From: Nitrosopumilaceae archaeon
Lineage (GTDB): Archaea; Thermoproteota; Nitrososphaeria; Nitrososphaerales; Nitrosopumilaceae
Assembly (NCBI GenBank): GCA_965209085.1
Contig: OZ242376.1
Span: forward strand, 1,376,001 to 1,440,000
Length of the DNA stretch: 64,000 nucleotides
Direction of reading: 5' to 3'
Shown piece after piece: positions 20,047-30,497 of this stretch; the stretch's first letter is position 1, and each line of letters begins with the position of its first letter. Below the pieces are notes generated by a model, which did not search any database, was not told where the DNA came from, and saw nothing but the letters and a program-made list of their open reading frames with translations. The translations under genes and the position numbers were made by a program.

Positions 20047-20529
20047 TTATTGTACATCTCCGTCAATTGATGATTTTACTGCGACAATGTCGTTTTTAAC
20101 GGAAAGAAACTTTCCCTGTATGCGCTCTTCTGATGGAAATGTTTCAGGATCTGCAGGAACCTGAATACCTGCGTCAATTATGCCTTTTATAGCTGCTGCC
20201 ATTCTCTGCGTGTATCTGCGCGTACCGCTGTACATTAGGGCAGACTTTGCTCCTTTGGATATGGCTTTTTTTCCTGCAAGATACCCTACTAGGTACGATG
20301 CAGGAATACTCTTTCGTGAACCTTTCCAACCTTTTGTGGTAAGATAACGCGAGTGTGCCGAAGCCACCACTATATCTCCGGTTATATTTGGGGTCAAAAT
20401 CTGCACCTGGGAGTTTTCATTCGTGATTGTAACGGTAATAAAATCGCGCCTACCCATGAGCATTATACCACGTTTCTTATAGTTGGTTTTTTGCGCTCTC
20501 TGTCTTCTAAGTATCTTAGAATAAGCCAT
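20047..20529 (-). CDS. rpl18: 50S ribosomal protein uL18
   Basis: RRQRAQKTNYKKR, PASYLVGYLAG. Confidence 0.93.
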   Translation of the reverse strand: MAYSKILRRQRAQKTNYKKRGIMLMGRRDFITVTITNENSQVQILTPNITGDIVVASAHSRYLTTKGWKGSRKSIPASYLVGYLAGKKAISKGAKSALMYSGTRRYTQRMAAAIKGIIDAGIQVPADPETFPSEERIQGKFLSVKNDIVAVKSSIDGDVQ

Positions 20530-20563
20530 CTAACGCTCAACCTCTAATATGCTCTTATAAACC

Positions 20564-21478
20564 TTAGATGGAAGAGGCGCCAACAAGATACAATAGCAGA
20601 GCTTTTTGAGCATGCAGTCTGTTTTCAGTTTCATCCCACACTACGGATTTTGGTCCGTCTATGACAAAAGATTCAACCTCTTTGCCGCGTTTTGCCGGAA
20701 GACAGTGCATGAATATTGCATCCTTGTGTGCCATTGACATCAGGGATTTTCCGACCCTGTATTTTGGTACAAACGCTGCCGTTCTTGCAGACGAATCTTT
20801 GTTGTGTATCGAGGTAAACGTATCAGTTACCACCACGTCAGCATCCTTTGCAGCCTTTGCCGGATCCGTGGTTATGCTCACGCTAGTTGATTTTGAGGCA
20901 TTTTTTACAACGTCCGGATCAGGTGAGTATCCTTTTGGCGAGGCTACTATGATGCTCATTCCTGTTTTTGCACACCCGTACAGCCAGGAATTGCACACGT
21001 TATTCCCATCGCCAATCCAGGCCACTTTTAATCCACGTAATTTTTTCTTTTTTTCATATACGGTAAGCAGGTCGGCTAGTATTTGGCACGGATGAAAAGA
21101 GTCAGAGAGGCCGTTTATTACCGGAATTGTCGAATGTTTTGCCAATTCCACCATGGTACTATGATCAAAGACGCGGGCCATGAGGATGTCCACATATCTT
21201 GAAAGTGTCCTTGCAGTATCCGCATGCGATTCCCCGCGCGATAGCTGCATAGAGTCAGAAGAGAGTGTAATGGCATGACCCCCCAGCTGATACATTCCCA
21301 CCTCAAAGCTTAGCCTTGTACGGGTTGAGGGTTTTTCAAATATCATTGCCAGCGTCTTTCCTTTCAGCTGCGTGCCAATCAGAGTGTGCTTTTTTTTCAT
21401 GCTAGATGCCAGTGAGATCAGTGCTGATGTTTCTTTTGCAGATATCTCATCAAATGTGAGAAAGTCTTTTTTGATCAT
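20564..21478 (-). CDS. argF: Ornithine carbamoyltransferase
   Basis: PSTRTR, HPCQILAD, GDGNNV, MHCLP, ENRLHAQK. Confidence 0.96.
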   Translation of the reverse strand: MIKKDFLTFDEISAKETSALISLASSMKKKHTLIGTQLKGKTLAMIFEKPSTRTRLSFEVGMYQLGGHAITLSSDSMQLSRGESHADTARTLSRYVDILMARVFDHSTMVELAKHSTIPVINGLSDSFHPCQILADLLTVYEKKKKLRGLKVAWIGDGNNVCNSWLYGCAKTGMSIIVASPKGYSPDPDVVKNASKSTSVSITTDPAKAAKDADVVVTDTFTSIHNKDSSARTAAFVPKYRVGKSLMSMAHKDAIFMHCLPAKRGKEVESFVIDGPKSVVWDETENRLHAQKALLLYLVGASSI

Positions 21479-22695
21479 TTTTTACGCCATCCAAACATTG
21501 AATGTTTTTTAGTTTTTTGCATGCCAGGCCTGCCTTTTTGAATCCATTCGCGTATTTTTCCGGCAGTGCGTACTGCATCATCGTCATTTTCCGGCGGCGG
21601 CTCATCATATAGATCCGAATATGTCTTTATTTCCTCATCGGATATTCCATTAAACGGATCGGTATCTTTATTTTTTTCAGATTTTAAGACAGATTCTGGC
21701 ATTACCGTTTCCCGTACAGACGAGTCTTTATTTTGATCTGATTCAGGTGTTTTTACAGTATCCAAAACGGGTTTGTTTTCTTTGGGTGCTGTTCCAAAAA
21801 TAGAATTTACAAAAGCATTCATCTCAAAGGGTGCAAGATCCCCGTGCTCTTGTCCCACACCTATGTACATGATGGGTTTTGATGTTACCGTTACAATTGA
21901 GAGTGCTGCACCCCCTCTTGAATCTGCGTCCATTTTTGTAAGTATTGATGCATCAAAATTTGTGTATTTATAAAACTCCCGAGCCTGACTTATGGTGTCG
22001 TTTCCTGCCAGTGAATCCCCCACAAATATTTTAAAATCCGGTTTTACGACGTTTGTTATTTTTTCAATCTGCGCCATAAGATTCTGGTTTGTCTGCATGC
22101 GTCCTGCAGTGTCAATTAAAACACAGTCCACATTGTGCGATTTTGCATACAGTACGGCATCGCGAGCTACTGCGGCAGGATCCGATCCGTAATTTTGCGC
22201 CACAAGTTTTATTCCAAGGCGGTTTGCATGTTCGCGCACCTGCTCTATTGCTCCTGCCCGAAATGTGTCAGATGCAGCTATGACAATTGATATTTTTTTC
22301 TTCTTTAGCATGTACGCCACTTTTGAGAGCGTGGTGGTTTTGCCGGTTCCGTTTATTCCCACAAAGAGTACAAGGTATGGTCCTGCAGATTCGTCGCGTT
22401 TTTTTTCAATATTTGCCACAAGATCCTCTGTTCCGGTATTTTCAAACATTTTCAAGACCGTACCGGCAAGTCCTTTTCGGATGTGCTCGCCCATGTGTTT
22501 TTTTTCAATGCTAGTTCCAACCATGGATTCACGCAGGTTTGATTTTATCAGTTCCACAGCTTCCACTGCAACATCTGCATCCATCAGGGCAAATTCCAAA
22601 TCAGATATGGCAAAATCAACATCCTGTTTTTTTAATTCCCTCTCGCCCAGACTTTTAGCTGCTGTGGCAAACGCCGATTTTAGTTTTTCAAACAT
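21475..22695 (-). CDS. ftsY: SRP receptor FtsY with C-terminal extension
   Basis: GINGTGKTTT, DTFRAGA, DTAGR, TKMD. Confidence 0.95.
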   Translation of the reverse strand: MFEKLKSAFATAAKSLGERELKKQDVDFAISDLEFALMDADVAVEAVELIKSNLRESMVGTSIEKKHMGEHIRKGLAGTVLKMFENTGTEDLVANIEKKRDESAGPYLVLFVGINGTGKTTTLSKVAYMLKKKKISIVIAASDTFRAGAIEQVREHANRLGIKLVAQNYGSDPAAVARDAVLYAKSHNVDCVLIDTAGRMQTNQNLMAQIEKITNVVKPDFKIFVGDSLAGNDTISQAREFYKYTNFDASILTKMDADSRGGAALSIVTVTSKPIMYIGVGQEHGDLAPFEMNAFVNSIFGTAPKENKPVLDTVKTPESDQNKDSSVRETVMPESVLKSEKNKDTDPFNGISDEEIKTYSDLYDEPPPENDDDAVRTAGKIREWIQKGRPGMQKTKKHSMFGWRKK

Positions 22696-23131
22696 TTTTT
22701 TTCGCCGCAGGCTGCTTTGTGGCAGCCTGACTCATCTGGGAGATCATTTCCCGACTCTCATCCATGCGTTCTGCAGCTTCCTGTTTGCGCGCCGCAGTAT
22801 CCTGCATTGCCACTTCAAACTCTTTTATTCGGGATTCAACATAATTTATCGCCGAATCGTGATCCTTTTCTACTGCAATTCCGGCTCCAATGTTTACGAT
22901 TAGTTTTTCTTTTGCAGATATTTCCGTTTTTGCAAACGCTCCAAGTCCCAGCGGAACCAATGATTTGACGGGTTTTTCATCTTTGATTGATTTTATGGAT
23001 TCTATTGTATCAATAGCCTCGCGCAGTACTGCTGAAAGACTTGATTCGCGCTTTTGAAGCTCGACAAGGTGTCCTTCGAGCATTTGCATTTCATACATCA
23101 GCTGTTGCGCCTGATCCTGTTCCTGACTCAT
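22688..23131 (-). CDS. pfdA: Prefoldin alpha subunit
   Basis: Coiled coils flanking LVPLGLGAF...VNIGAGIAVEK. Confidence 0.92.
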   Translation of the reverse strand: MSQEQDQAQQLMYEMQMLEGHLVELQKRESSLSAVLREAIDTIESIKSIKDEKPVKSLVPLGLGAFAKTEISAKEKLIVNIGAGIAVEKDHDSAINYVESRIKEFEVAMQDTAARKQEAAERMDESREMISQMSQAATKQPAAKKNV

Positions 23132-23215
23132 GACGTATACTGCCGCATGTGATTATAAATTCATTTCACGAGCGTCCCTAACGGTGAGCCATAAAATATG
23201 AAAAATTAAAAAAAA

Positions 23216-23836
23216 TCAGTTTGCTTTTGAGAATCTAGAGTCAACTTCATCCCAGTTTATCACGTTCCACCATGCGGCAATATAGTCTGGGCGTTTGTTT
23301 TGATACTGCAGATAGTACGCATGTTCCCATACGTCGCATCCCAACAGCGGTACCAATCCCTTGGTTCTTGGACTTGTTTGGTTTGGCATCCTTCGGTATT
23401 CTACTTTGGAGTCAGACTTGTTGTATACCAGCCAGCCCCATCCGCTTCCCTGTATGACTGCAGTGGTGGCAGAAAACTGTTTTTTGAATTCATCAAAGCT
23501 TCCAAAAGAGGTATTTATTGCATCTGCAAGAGATCCTCCAGGAGATCCGCCGCCGCCTGATTTCATGCTGTTCCAAAACAGTCTGTGATTGTCAAAACCG
23601 CCGCCGTTAAAGTTGACAGCTCCCCGTATCTCGTTTGGTACAGAGTTAATGTCTGCTAGAATATCAACGATGTCTTTTGACTGTATTTCAGACGGGCATT
23701 TTTCCAGTGCCGCGTTTAGTTTGTCCGTGTATGCCTGGTGATGCTTTGTGTGGTGTATTTCCATTGTGCGTGCATCAAGATGCGGCTCCAATGCGTCATA
23801 CTTGTATGGCATTTCAGGCAAGGTGTATTTTGTCAT
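23216..23836 (-). CDS. sod: Fe/Mn superoxide dismutase
   Basis: HHTKHHQAY, NHRLFW, DVWEHAYY. Confidence 0.96.
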   Translation of the reverse strand: MTKYTLPEMPYKYDALEPHLDARTMEIHHTKHHQAYTDKLNAALEKCPSEIQSKDIVDILADINSVPNEIRGAVNFNGGGFDNHRLFWNSMKSGGGGSPGGSLADAINTSFGSFDEFKKQFSATTAVIQGSGWGWLVYNKSDSKVEYRRMPNQTSPRTKGLVPLLGCDVWEHAYYLQYQNKRPDYIAAWWNVINWDEVDSRFSKAN

Positions 23837-23942
23837 ACGTATGCTAGTTACAGTCTGTTTATTAAGTACGCGGTTATTTTGCGTATGCGGTTTTACTTGG
23901 ACGTATGGAAACTAAATATCCAACCTCCAAAAATATCCCCGT

Positions 23943-26651
23943 ATGGCAGACAAGACAAACATACAAAAACGATTTTCATCAGATCCGGACAGATATTACA
24001 AGGTACGGTTGTTTGAAGAACAGGGTTTTACTCGAACAGCATGTGCTGAATGCGGCAGGTTCTTTTGGGCGCTAGATGGCAGGGAAAAATGCCCGGATCA
24101 TTCAGATGATGTCTATTCGTTTATCGGCGATCCTCCAACTTCCAAAAGGTTTGACTATTCTGAATCATGGGTTCAGATTGCGGATTTTTTCAAAAAAAAC
24201 AATCATACGCAAATTGGCAGATATCCTGTAGTGTGCAGATGGCGCGATGACCTGTACTTTACGATAGCATCCATCGTTGATTTTCAAAGAAAGGCAGGAT
24301 CAAAGATCACCTTTGAGTTTCCTGCAAATCCCCTTATAGTGCCACAGACATGCCTTCGTTTCAAAGACATGGAGAATGTTGGCGCCACAGGAAAACATTT
24401 TTCCAGTTTTTGCATGGTCGGACAGCACAGTATTGCAGATTCAAACGGATACTGGAAGGATGAATGCATTGATTTGGATTATTCCTTACTTACAGGACCG
24501 TTTGGGATTAAAAAAGAAGAAGTTGTTTTTGTAGAGGACGTATGGGAAGGGGGCGGATCGTTTGGATCATCGCTTGAATATTTTGTGCGCGGGTTGGAGC
24601 TTGGCAATGCGGTGTTTACCGAATTTCAGGGGAGCGTTGAATCACCATCCACATTGGATAAACGTATCATAGACATGGGTGCAGGTCTTGAACGGTTTGC
24701 ATGGATAACAATGGGTACGCCGACCGCATACGATTGTTGTTTTGGCCCATCCATTGCAAAGCTGCTTGATAGTGCAGGATGCGACCTGCAGGATCCAAAA
24801 CTTGTATTATATTTTACCGGCATTGCAAAAAACATAGACAAAGTGGGACTTGCGCAGGCGCGCAAGATAGCAGTAGCAAATGCCGGACTTGATCCAAACA
24901 TGCTGCAAAAGACGATATCTCCGATGGAGGATGCGTATACGGTTGCAGATCACATCAGAACCCTGGTATTTGCAATATCGGATGGGGCACTTCCAAGCAA
25001 CGTGGGAGGAGGGTATAATCTGCGGATGATTCTCAGGCGCGCAGTGGCAGCCGCTGGCAGAATAGGTATTGGCAGGGATTTTTCATGGCTAGTTGATGCC
25101 CATGTAGAATACCTCTCAAAGACGTATCCGGAGCTTGTCAAGACACGTGAGGATGTCAAAAAGATATTGGATATAGAAACTGGCAGGTATGATCAGTCAA
25201 TGGAGCGGATGGGCAAGATCGTGCACGCTATAAAATCAGAGCCTACCACAAAGGATCTGGTGCAAATGTACGAATCAGACGGGATAACACCGGATTATCT
25301 GCTAGATGCTGGTGCAATAAAAGACATACCTGATGATTTTTACTCCAAACTCTCAGAGTTGCACCAGTCAAGAAAACCCGAATCTGCTGCATTCATGCAG
25401 GACTTTGATGGCATTGCTGAGACAAATCTTCTCTACTATACCAACGAGGCGCAAAATGCAGAATTTGAGGCAAAGGTGATCAAAGTTATGGACAAGTGTA
25501 TTGTGTTAGATAGAACGAATTTTTATGCCAGAGGGGGAGGACAGGAGCCGGACTTTGGAGTAATAGACGGATGCAGTGTCACAAATGTTGTAAAACACGG
25601 CGGTGTTGTTGTTCATACGTTAGATGGTAAAATTCCAAAAGATAAAACCGTAAAATGCCGCGTGGACATGACTAGACGGAAAAACATATCCACACACCAC
25701 ACATGCACGCATATTCTCAACGCATCTGCAAGAAAAATTCTCGGATCATGGGTTTGGCAGCATTCTGCATTCAAAGATGACGGGCATGCAAGACTTGACA
25801 TTACGCACCATTCAGCTCTGACCGATGCTGAAGTTGCCCGAATAGAGATGGAAGCAAATTCGGTAATACGTGAAAATCTCCAGGTATCTGTTAGCGAGCT
25901 TGAACGCGGGGATGCTGAACAAAAATACGGTTTTAGGATTTACCAGGGCGGAGTGGTTCCGGTCAAAGCTGTGCGCATAATCAAAATAGGCGATGTTGAC
26001 GTGGAGGCGTGCGGCGGAACCCACATTTTAAGAACCGGCGATGCAGGACTGTTGAAAATAGTCCGTACCGATCGCATACAAGATGGCGTGGTGCGCTTGG
26101 AATTTCTTGCCGGCAGCAGGGCCGTTGAGTATGTGCAGAAACAGGATTCGGCAATATCGGAAATTTCCACATCGCTAGGAGCTGACAAAAACAAGATTGT
26201 CGAATCGGTTGCAAAATCACAAGATGATGCAGAAAGCTCAAGGCGCAGGCTAAAACATCTCATGCGGCGCACGCGCGAGTATGTGGCAAATTCGGCAATA
26301 AAAGAGGCAGAGCGTGCAGGCAGTGTGCTCTTTTACAGCGTAACAGATGGCGAGATGGACACAGATTACCACATAACAGTAGGCGAGGCTGCTGCAAAAC
26401 TTGAGCCAAAGATGGTATACTGTGCGCTTGTAACAGCCGCAAGTCAGAGTGTGAAAATTGCAGTATACTGCGGCAAAGAAGCCAGAAAAATTGTCGGTGC
26501 CGGAGCCATTGTAAAGGAAATGTCAAAAATTTTGGGCGGTTCAGGAGGCGGCTCTGATGCGTTTGCACAGGGTGGCGGCAAGGATTCTTCAAAATCCGCA
26601 GAGGCAATCAGTGCCGCGCGCAAACTTGCATCAGGGAAAAATTCGGTTTGA
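23943..26651 (+). CDS. alaS: Alanine--tRNA ligase
   Basis: WRDDLYFTIASI, GLELGN, DMGAGLER, editing HTCTH and ACGGTH, C-terminal GGSGGG. Confidence 0.96.
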   Translation: MADKTNIQKRFSSDPDRYYKVRLFEEQGFTRTACAECGRFFWALDGREKCPDHSDDVYSFIGDPPTSKRFDYSESWVQIADFFKKNNHTQIGRYPVVCRWRDDLYFTIASIVDFQRKAGSKITFEFPANPLIVPQTCLRFKDMENVGATGKHFSSFCMVGQHSIADSNGYWKDECIDLDYSLLTGPFGIKKEEVVFVEDVWEGGGSFGSSLEYFVRGLELGNAVFTEFQGSVESPSTLDKRIIDMGAGLERFAWITMGTPTAYDCCFGPSIAKLLDSAGCDLQDPKLVLYFTGIAKNIDKVGLAQARKIAVANAGLDPNMLQKTISPMEDAYTVADHIRTLVFAISDGALPSNVGGGYNLRMILRRAVAAAGRIGIGRDFSWLVDAHVEYLSKTYPELVKTREDVKKILDIETGRYDQSMERMGKIVHAIKSEPTTKDLVQMYESDGITPDYLLDAGAIKDIPDDFYSKLSELHQSRKPESAAFMQDFDGIAETNLLYYTNEAQNAEFEAKVIKVMDKCIVLDRTNFYARGGGQEPDFGVIDGCSVTNVVKHGGVVVHTLDGKIPKDKTVKCRVDMTRRKNISTHHTCTHILNASARKILGSWVWQHSAFKDDGHARLDITHHSALTDAEVARIEMEANSVIRENLQVSVSELERGDAEQKYGFRIYQGGVVPVKAVRIIKIGDVDVEACGGTHILRTGDAGLLKIVRTDRIQDGVVRLEFLAGSRAVEYVQKQDSAISEISTSLGADKNKIVESVAKSQDDAESSRRRLKHLMRRTREYVANSAIKEAERAGSVLFYSVTDGEMDTDYHITVGEAAAKLEPKMVYCALVTAASQSVKIAVYCGKEARKIVGAGAIVKEMSKILGGSGGGSDAFAQGGGKDSSKSAEAISAARKLASGKNSV

Positions 26652-26682
26652 TTGTGCACATTTGCAATGCACGGATGCATCA

Positions 26683-27459
26683 TTAGCTGATTCCTTTTTG
26701 TGCTTTTACCAGATACGCATCGCGCACCCTGACGCTTATCCAGTCTATTGCAAGAACAGTGCCAAGTACTACTGCCATGAATACCATGGCGCTGCCGTAA
26801 TCAAAATATTTAATGTATGTTATAATGTAAAATCCGATTCCTCCCGCACCCACAAGACCGAGTATGCTAGTCTGCCGAACATTGTAATCAAACATGTACA
26901 GTGCATGGCCCAAAAGATGCGATGCTGATTCTGGAATTACCACATACCGTACAAGCTGCCATTTTGAGACGCCGATTGAAGATACTGCATCCATTGGATC
27001 CGAATCAATAGCCTCCATTGTCTCATACTGGAGTTTTGTTACAAATCCCACAGTATACAGGATTATTGCCAAAACACCAGCAAACGCGCCCGTGCCCACC
27101 ACTATGACAAAAAGTATTGCCCACAGTATGGACGGAAATGTGCGTATTGCCGCAAGCAGTGAACGGATTGGAACGTATATCCATTTTGAGGATATGTTTC
27201 GTGAGGAGAGCAGACTTAGAGGAAGTCCTATTGTAACTCCTGCCACGGTTCCAATGAAAGCCATTTGCAGCGTCTCAAGCATCGCCCAAAAGGCAGTATC
27301 TAGCAGTTGAGGATCCACATTTGCCATCTCTTTTGCAATGATCATCAGATTTGGCGCACCGCTGATAAAATCAAGCGGATTTGCCCCGATGTTGGCAGAC
27401 ATTACTGCAACGGCTACTGCAATTGCAATGCCAAATCCAAGATTTTTTGTAGGATTCAA
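26683..27459 (-). CDS. phnE: Phosphonate/phosphite ABC transporter permease
   Basis: RTFPSILWA, DYNVRQTSILGLVGAGGIG. Confidence 0.9.
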   Translation of the reverse strand: MNPTKNLGFGIAIAVAVAVMSANIGANPLDFISGAPNLMIIAKEMANVDPQLLDTAFWAMLETLQMAFIGTVAGVTIGLPLSLLSSRNISSKWIYVPIRSLLAAIRTFPSILWAILFVIVVGTGAFAGVLAIILYTVGFVTKLQYETMEAIDSDPMDAVSSIGVSKWQLVRYVVIPESASHLLGHALYMFDYNVRQTSILGLVGAGGIGFYIITYIKYFDYGSAMVFMAVVLGTVLAIDWISVRVRDAYLVKAQKGIS

Positions 27460-28244
27460 TCGCTGTACATCTCTAGTATCTGTTTTTCAGTTAAATCTCC
27501 GGTCTGAAAATCCACGATATTTTCACCGTCCACCCCAATCTCCAAAACTTTGCGGCCCTCGTTTATTACCGCCACCCTGTCAGCGTATTCTAGGGCCAGA
27601 TTGATGTCATGGTGCACCATGATTGCAGTGAGTCCGAATTTTTTTTGCGCCTCAGATATGGTGTCCATTATTCCGTGTGCGGTTGCAGTGTCAAGCTCGG
27701 ACACAATCTCATCGGCCAACAACAGCACGGGTTTTTGCACAAGCGCCCTAGCTATTGCCACACGGCGCCTCTCGCCTCCGCTTAGCGTATGTGTGCGCCG
27801 GTTTTCTTTTCCATCAAGTTCCACAATTTCCAGCACATGTTTTGCATACTCTGTCTCTTCTTGCGGAAATGAGCGCAAAAAAGATCGTATCATACCCATG
27901 CGCGGCAGTGCACCGATGAGAACGTTGTCAAGTACGGATGTATTTTTTACCAGTCCAAGATTTTGCGGAATGTATCCGATTTTTGCCATCTTTGTGCGGA
28001 ATTTTTTATCATGAATATCCGGATGCATATAGTCTACGGATACTGCCCCGCTCGAACATGACATCATGCCGTTTATCACCCGAAGTAATGTTGATTTTCC
28101 CGAACCGGATTTGCCCACAATGGCGTAATTTGAGCCGCGTTCTACTGACATGCTCACATCGCACAGTGCAGGATGATTTTTATCATAATATGCCCATATT
28201 TTGTTCATCTGTACTAGTTGTTTGCACGTTATACTGTATGACAT
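27456..28244 (-). CDS. phnC: Phosphonate/phosphite ABC transporter ATPase
   Basis: GKSGSGKS, LSGGERRRVAIARAL, LADE, VLDNVLIG. Confidence 0.88.
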   Translation of the reverse strand: MSYSITCKQLVQMNKIWAYYDKNHPALCDVSMSVERGSNYAIVGKSGSGKSTLLRVINGMMSCSSGAVSVDYMHPDIHDKKFRTKMAKIGYIPQNLGLVKNTSVLDNVLIGALPRMGMIRSFLRSFPQEETEYAKHVLEIVELDGKENRRTHTLSGGERRRVAIARALVQKPVLLLADEIVSELDTATAHGIMDTISEAQKKFGLTAIMVHHDINLALEYADRVAVINEGRKVLEIGVDGENIVDFQTGDLTEKQILEMYSD

Positions 28245-28265
28245 ATAATATCAGATCAAACCCGC

Positions 28266-29333
28266 TTATTTGGACTTGTTGTGTTTGTCCAGTATCAGCT
28301 GATCAATACCAGTCAGAGCGTTGATGAATGATCCAAAATCACCTATGTGCATTTTTGTGGTTGTAGGTAAAAGCGCCTCTGCACCGTACAAATCCTGCAG
28401 TATGTGGTTGTGTTCATTGCCGTTTAATCCCACCAGTGCGTCCGTGAGGGATTTTACCGCAGAATCGGGCAGATCGGAGCTTACAACAAAGACGTGTGAT
28501 GGTACGGGTCCTATTTCGGTTACGGCGCGGAGTTTTAAGACATCCTTGGGACTTAGATATTTTTCAGGCGCAATATCAGAGCCAAATGCCACATCAACGT
28601 TGCCGTTTAGCAGCAATTCCAGCGCCCCTTTGTAGCCTCCGGCAAACGTATGGGATTCAAATGATTCATCCAGCGCTTTTTTCAGCGAAATTATATCATT
28701 ACCTTCAATTTCCACGTATCCTTGTGTAACCAAAGTTCCCATGGGACGGATGAATCCGGATGAGCCAGTTATGCTGGTAAATGCGACGCGTTTTCCAACA
28801 ACGTCTTCAAGCTTTTGCAGATCTTTATTGTCCGCAGATGTCCAAACCGTTGCCTGGTAGTTTATCTTTCCATTTACAACCTCTGCAAGTATGACTTTAG
28901 CTCCGGTCCTCTCGTGGGTTATCCATGCAGGTCCTGAATCCATGAATGCAGCATCAATATGTCCAAACCTCATGCCTTCGATGATTGTCTCATAGTCTGT
29001 GGGTATTGTAACCACGATGTCCACGCCGGGCATTTTATCTTCCAAATATGATTCAAGATCTGTCGCCTGCGTTGAAACCGTCTGGGCTTTTTCAACAGGT
29101 ATGAATCCAATTGTCAGTGTATCAATTTCTGTATCATCAACTGTAATTATCTCCTCGCCAATCAGATATTTGATTGCGTTCAAAAATTCCCTATCGCTTG
29201 AATGTCCCTGTATCCAAATTTCCGCCGATTTTTTTATCCATGCCGGAACCGTGTTTTCCTGAGCGTTTGCTGCAAATACTGGCACTGCAAATATAATTAA
29301 AACAGCAAATATGCATCCAAGTACAATTTTCAT
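28266..29333 (-). CDS. phnD: Phosphate/phosphite/phosphonate-binding protein
   Basis: Signal peptide, IGFIP, DYETIIEGMRFGHIDAAF, SSGFIRP, NGNVDVA. Confidence 0.88.
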   Translation of the reverse strand: MKIVLGCIFAVLIIFAVPVFAANAQENTVPAWIKKSAEIWIQGHSSDREFLNAIKYLIGEEIITVDDTEIDTLTIGFIPVEKAQTVSTQATDLESYLEDKMPGVDIVVTIPTDYETIIEGMRFGHIDAAFMDSGPAWITHERTGAKVILAEVVNGKINYQATVWTSADNKDLQKLEDVVGKRVAFTSITGSSGFIRPMGTLVTQGYVEIEGNDIISLKKALDESFESHTFAGGYKGALELLLNGNVDVAFGSDIAPEKYLSPKDVLKLRAVTEIGPVPSHVFVVSSDLPDSAVKSLTDALVGLNGNEHNHILQDLYGAEALLPTTTKMHIGDFGSFINALTGIDQLILDKHNKSK

Positions 29334-29541
29334 GTTAGCTCACTTGTTTTATACAATATATACTCATTTTCGCATATAGGGTCTTGTTACAAACATGTGG
29401 AATCGTTAGTCTCAATTATACTCTTATCCCACACGTTTGATCTGTTTTGATTTATCACAGATTTGTGGCAAATCTAGTATAAAATGGATCATAGTGGGGC
29501 GTTTGGTAGCCTTTAAAATACCGCCAAATACCCCAAATTAT

Positions 29542-29853
29542 ATGAAAAAAGAGTTTGTTGTAAAGAGTATAGATACCTCTTCGGACGGATCCCCTTCGGT
29601 CGTAGTCTCACTCACATCATCAAAGGAGATAAAGCAAGGCATACAAACCCCCCAATCCCCGTTTGACTCCAAAGTCATGGGATTTACAAACATGAACGAC
29701 ATGATGAAGGATATCAACAAGATGATTTCCGGCGGTGCACACCAGTCACTTACATCCGTACGCATGGACATACCAGAATATAAGAAAATGGGCCTCGCTG
29801 TCGGAGACAAGGTGTTTTTGGAGATTACAAAAGCGGATACATCCGGCATCTAG
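29542..29853 (+). CDS. Conserved hypothetical protein
   Basis: Likely start MKKEF; TATA-like tttaaaa ~25-30 nt upstream; C-terminal [17 protein letters not shown]. Confidence 0.7.
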   Translation: MKKEFVVKSIDTSSDGSPSVVVSLTSSKEIKQGIQTPQSPFDSKVMGFTNMNDMMKDINKMISGGAHQSLTSVRMDIPEYKKMGLAVGDKVFLEITKADTSGI

Positions 29854-30497
29854 TTTTGTGTTTTTTTCCAGTCTGCAAGAAACGCTTTAATTCCAGAATC
29901 AGTGAGCGGATGTTTTAGCATTTTTCCCAAAACTGCCGGTGGCAGTGTTGCAACATCAGCTCCGGCTTTTGCAGCCTCTAGTACGTGTATGGGGTGTCTT
30001 ATGCTTGCGACAAGTATTTGCGTGGTTATTTTATAATTTGAAAATATTAATCGAATGTCGCGTATGAGCTGCATGCCGTCCTGACCTATGTCATCAAGCC
30101 GCCCTATGAACGGGCTGACGTATTTTGCCCCAGCCTTTGCCGCCAAAAGAGCCTGGTTTGCTGAGAAAACAAGTGTAATGTTTACAGGAATTCCCTGGGA
30201 TGTAAGCTCTGTGCATGCGCGCAGGCCTTCCCCTGTCATTGGGCATTTTACCACGACGTTTTCCCCGTACTCGCGGAGTTTCTTACCCTCTTTTATCATC
30301 TCATCGCTTTCCAAACTTATGACCTCTAAACTTACATCACCTCCGATTAGTTTTGCAATATCTTTCATTACCTCCTGCGGATTCATTCCGGTTTCCTTTG
30401 AGAGCAATGTAGGGTTTGTTGTAATGCCGTCAAGCAGACCCATCTTGTTGTACTTTAGTATCTCTTCCATGTTTGCAGTATCTAGAAATATTTTCAT
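29850..30497 (-). CDS. tal: Transaldolase / fructose-6-phosphate aldolase
   Basis: [32 protein letters not shown]. Confidence 0.93.
   Translation of the reverse strand: MKIFLDTANMEEILKYNKMGLLDGITTNPTLLSKETGMNPQEVMKDIAKLIGGDVSLEVISLESDEMIKEGKKLREYGENVVVKCPMTGEGLRACTELTSQGIPVNITLVFSANQALLAAKAGAKYVSPFIGRLDDIGQDGMQLIRDIRLIFSNYKITTQILVASIRHPIHVLEAAKAGADVATLPPAVLGKMLKHPLTDSGIKAFLADWKKTQN

Noticed and set aside
14234-21478. Missing rpl34e/rpl14e and argF placed before rpl18
   Set aside because: Consistent with the normal thaumarchaeal gene complement and order
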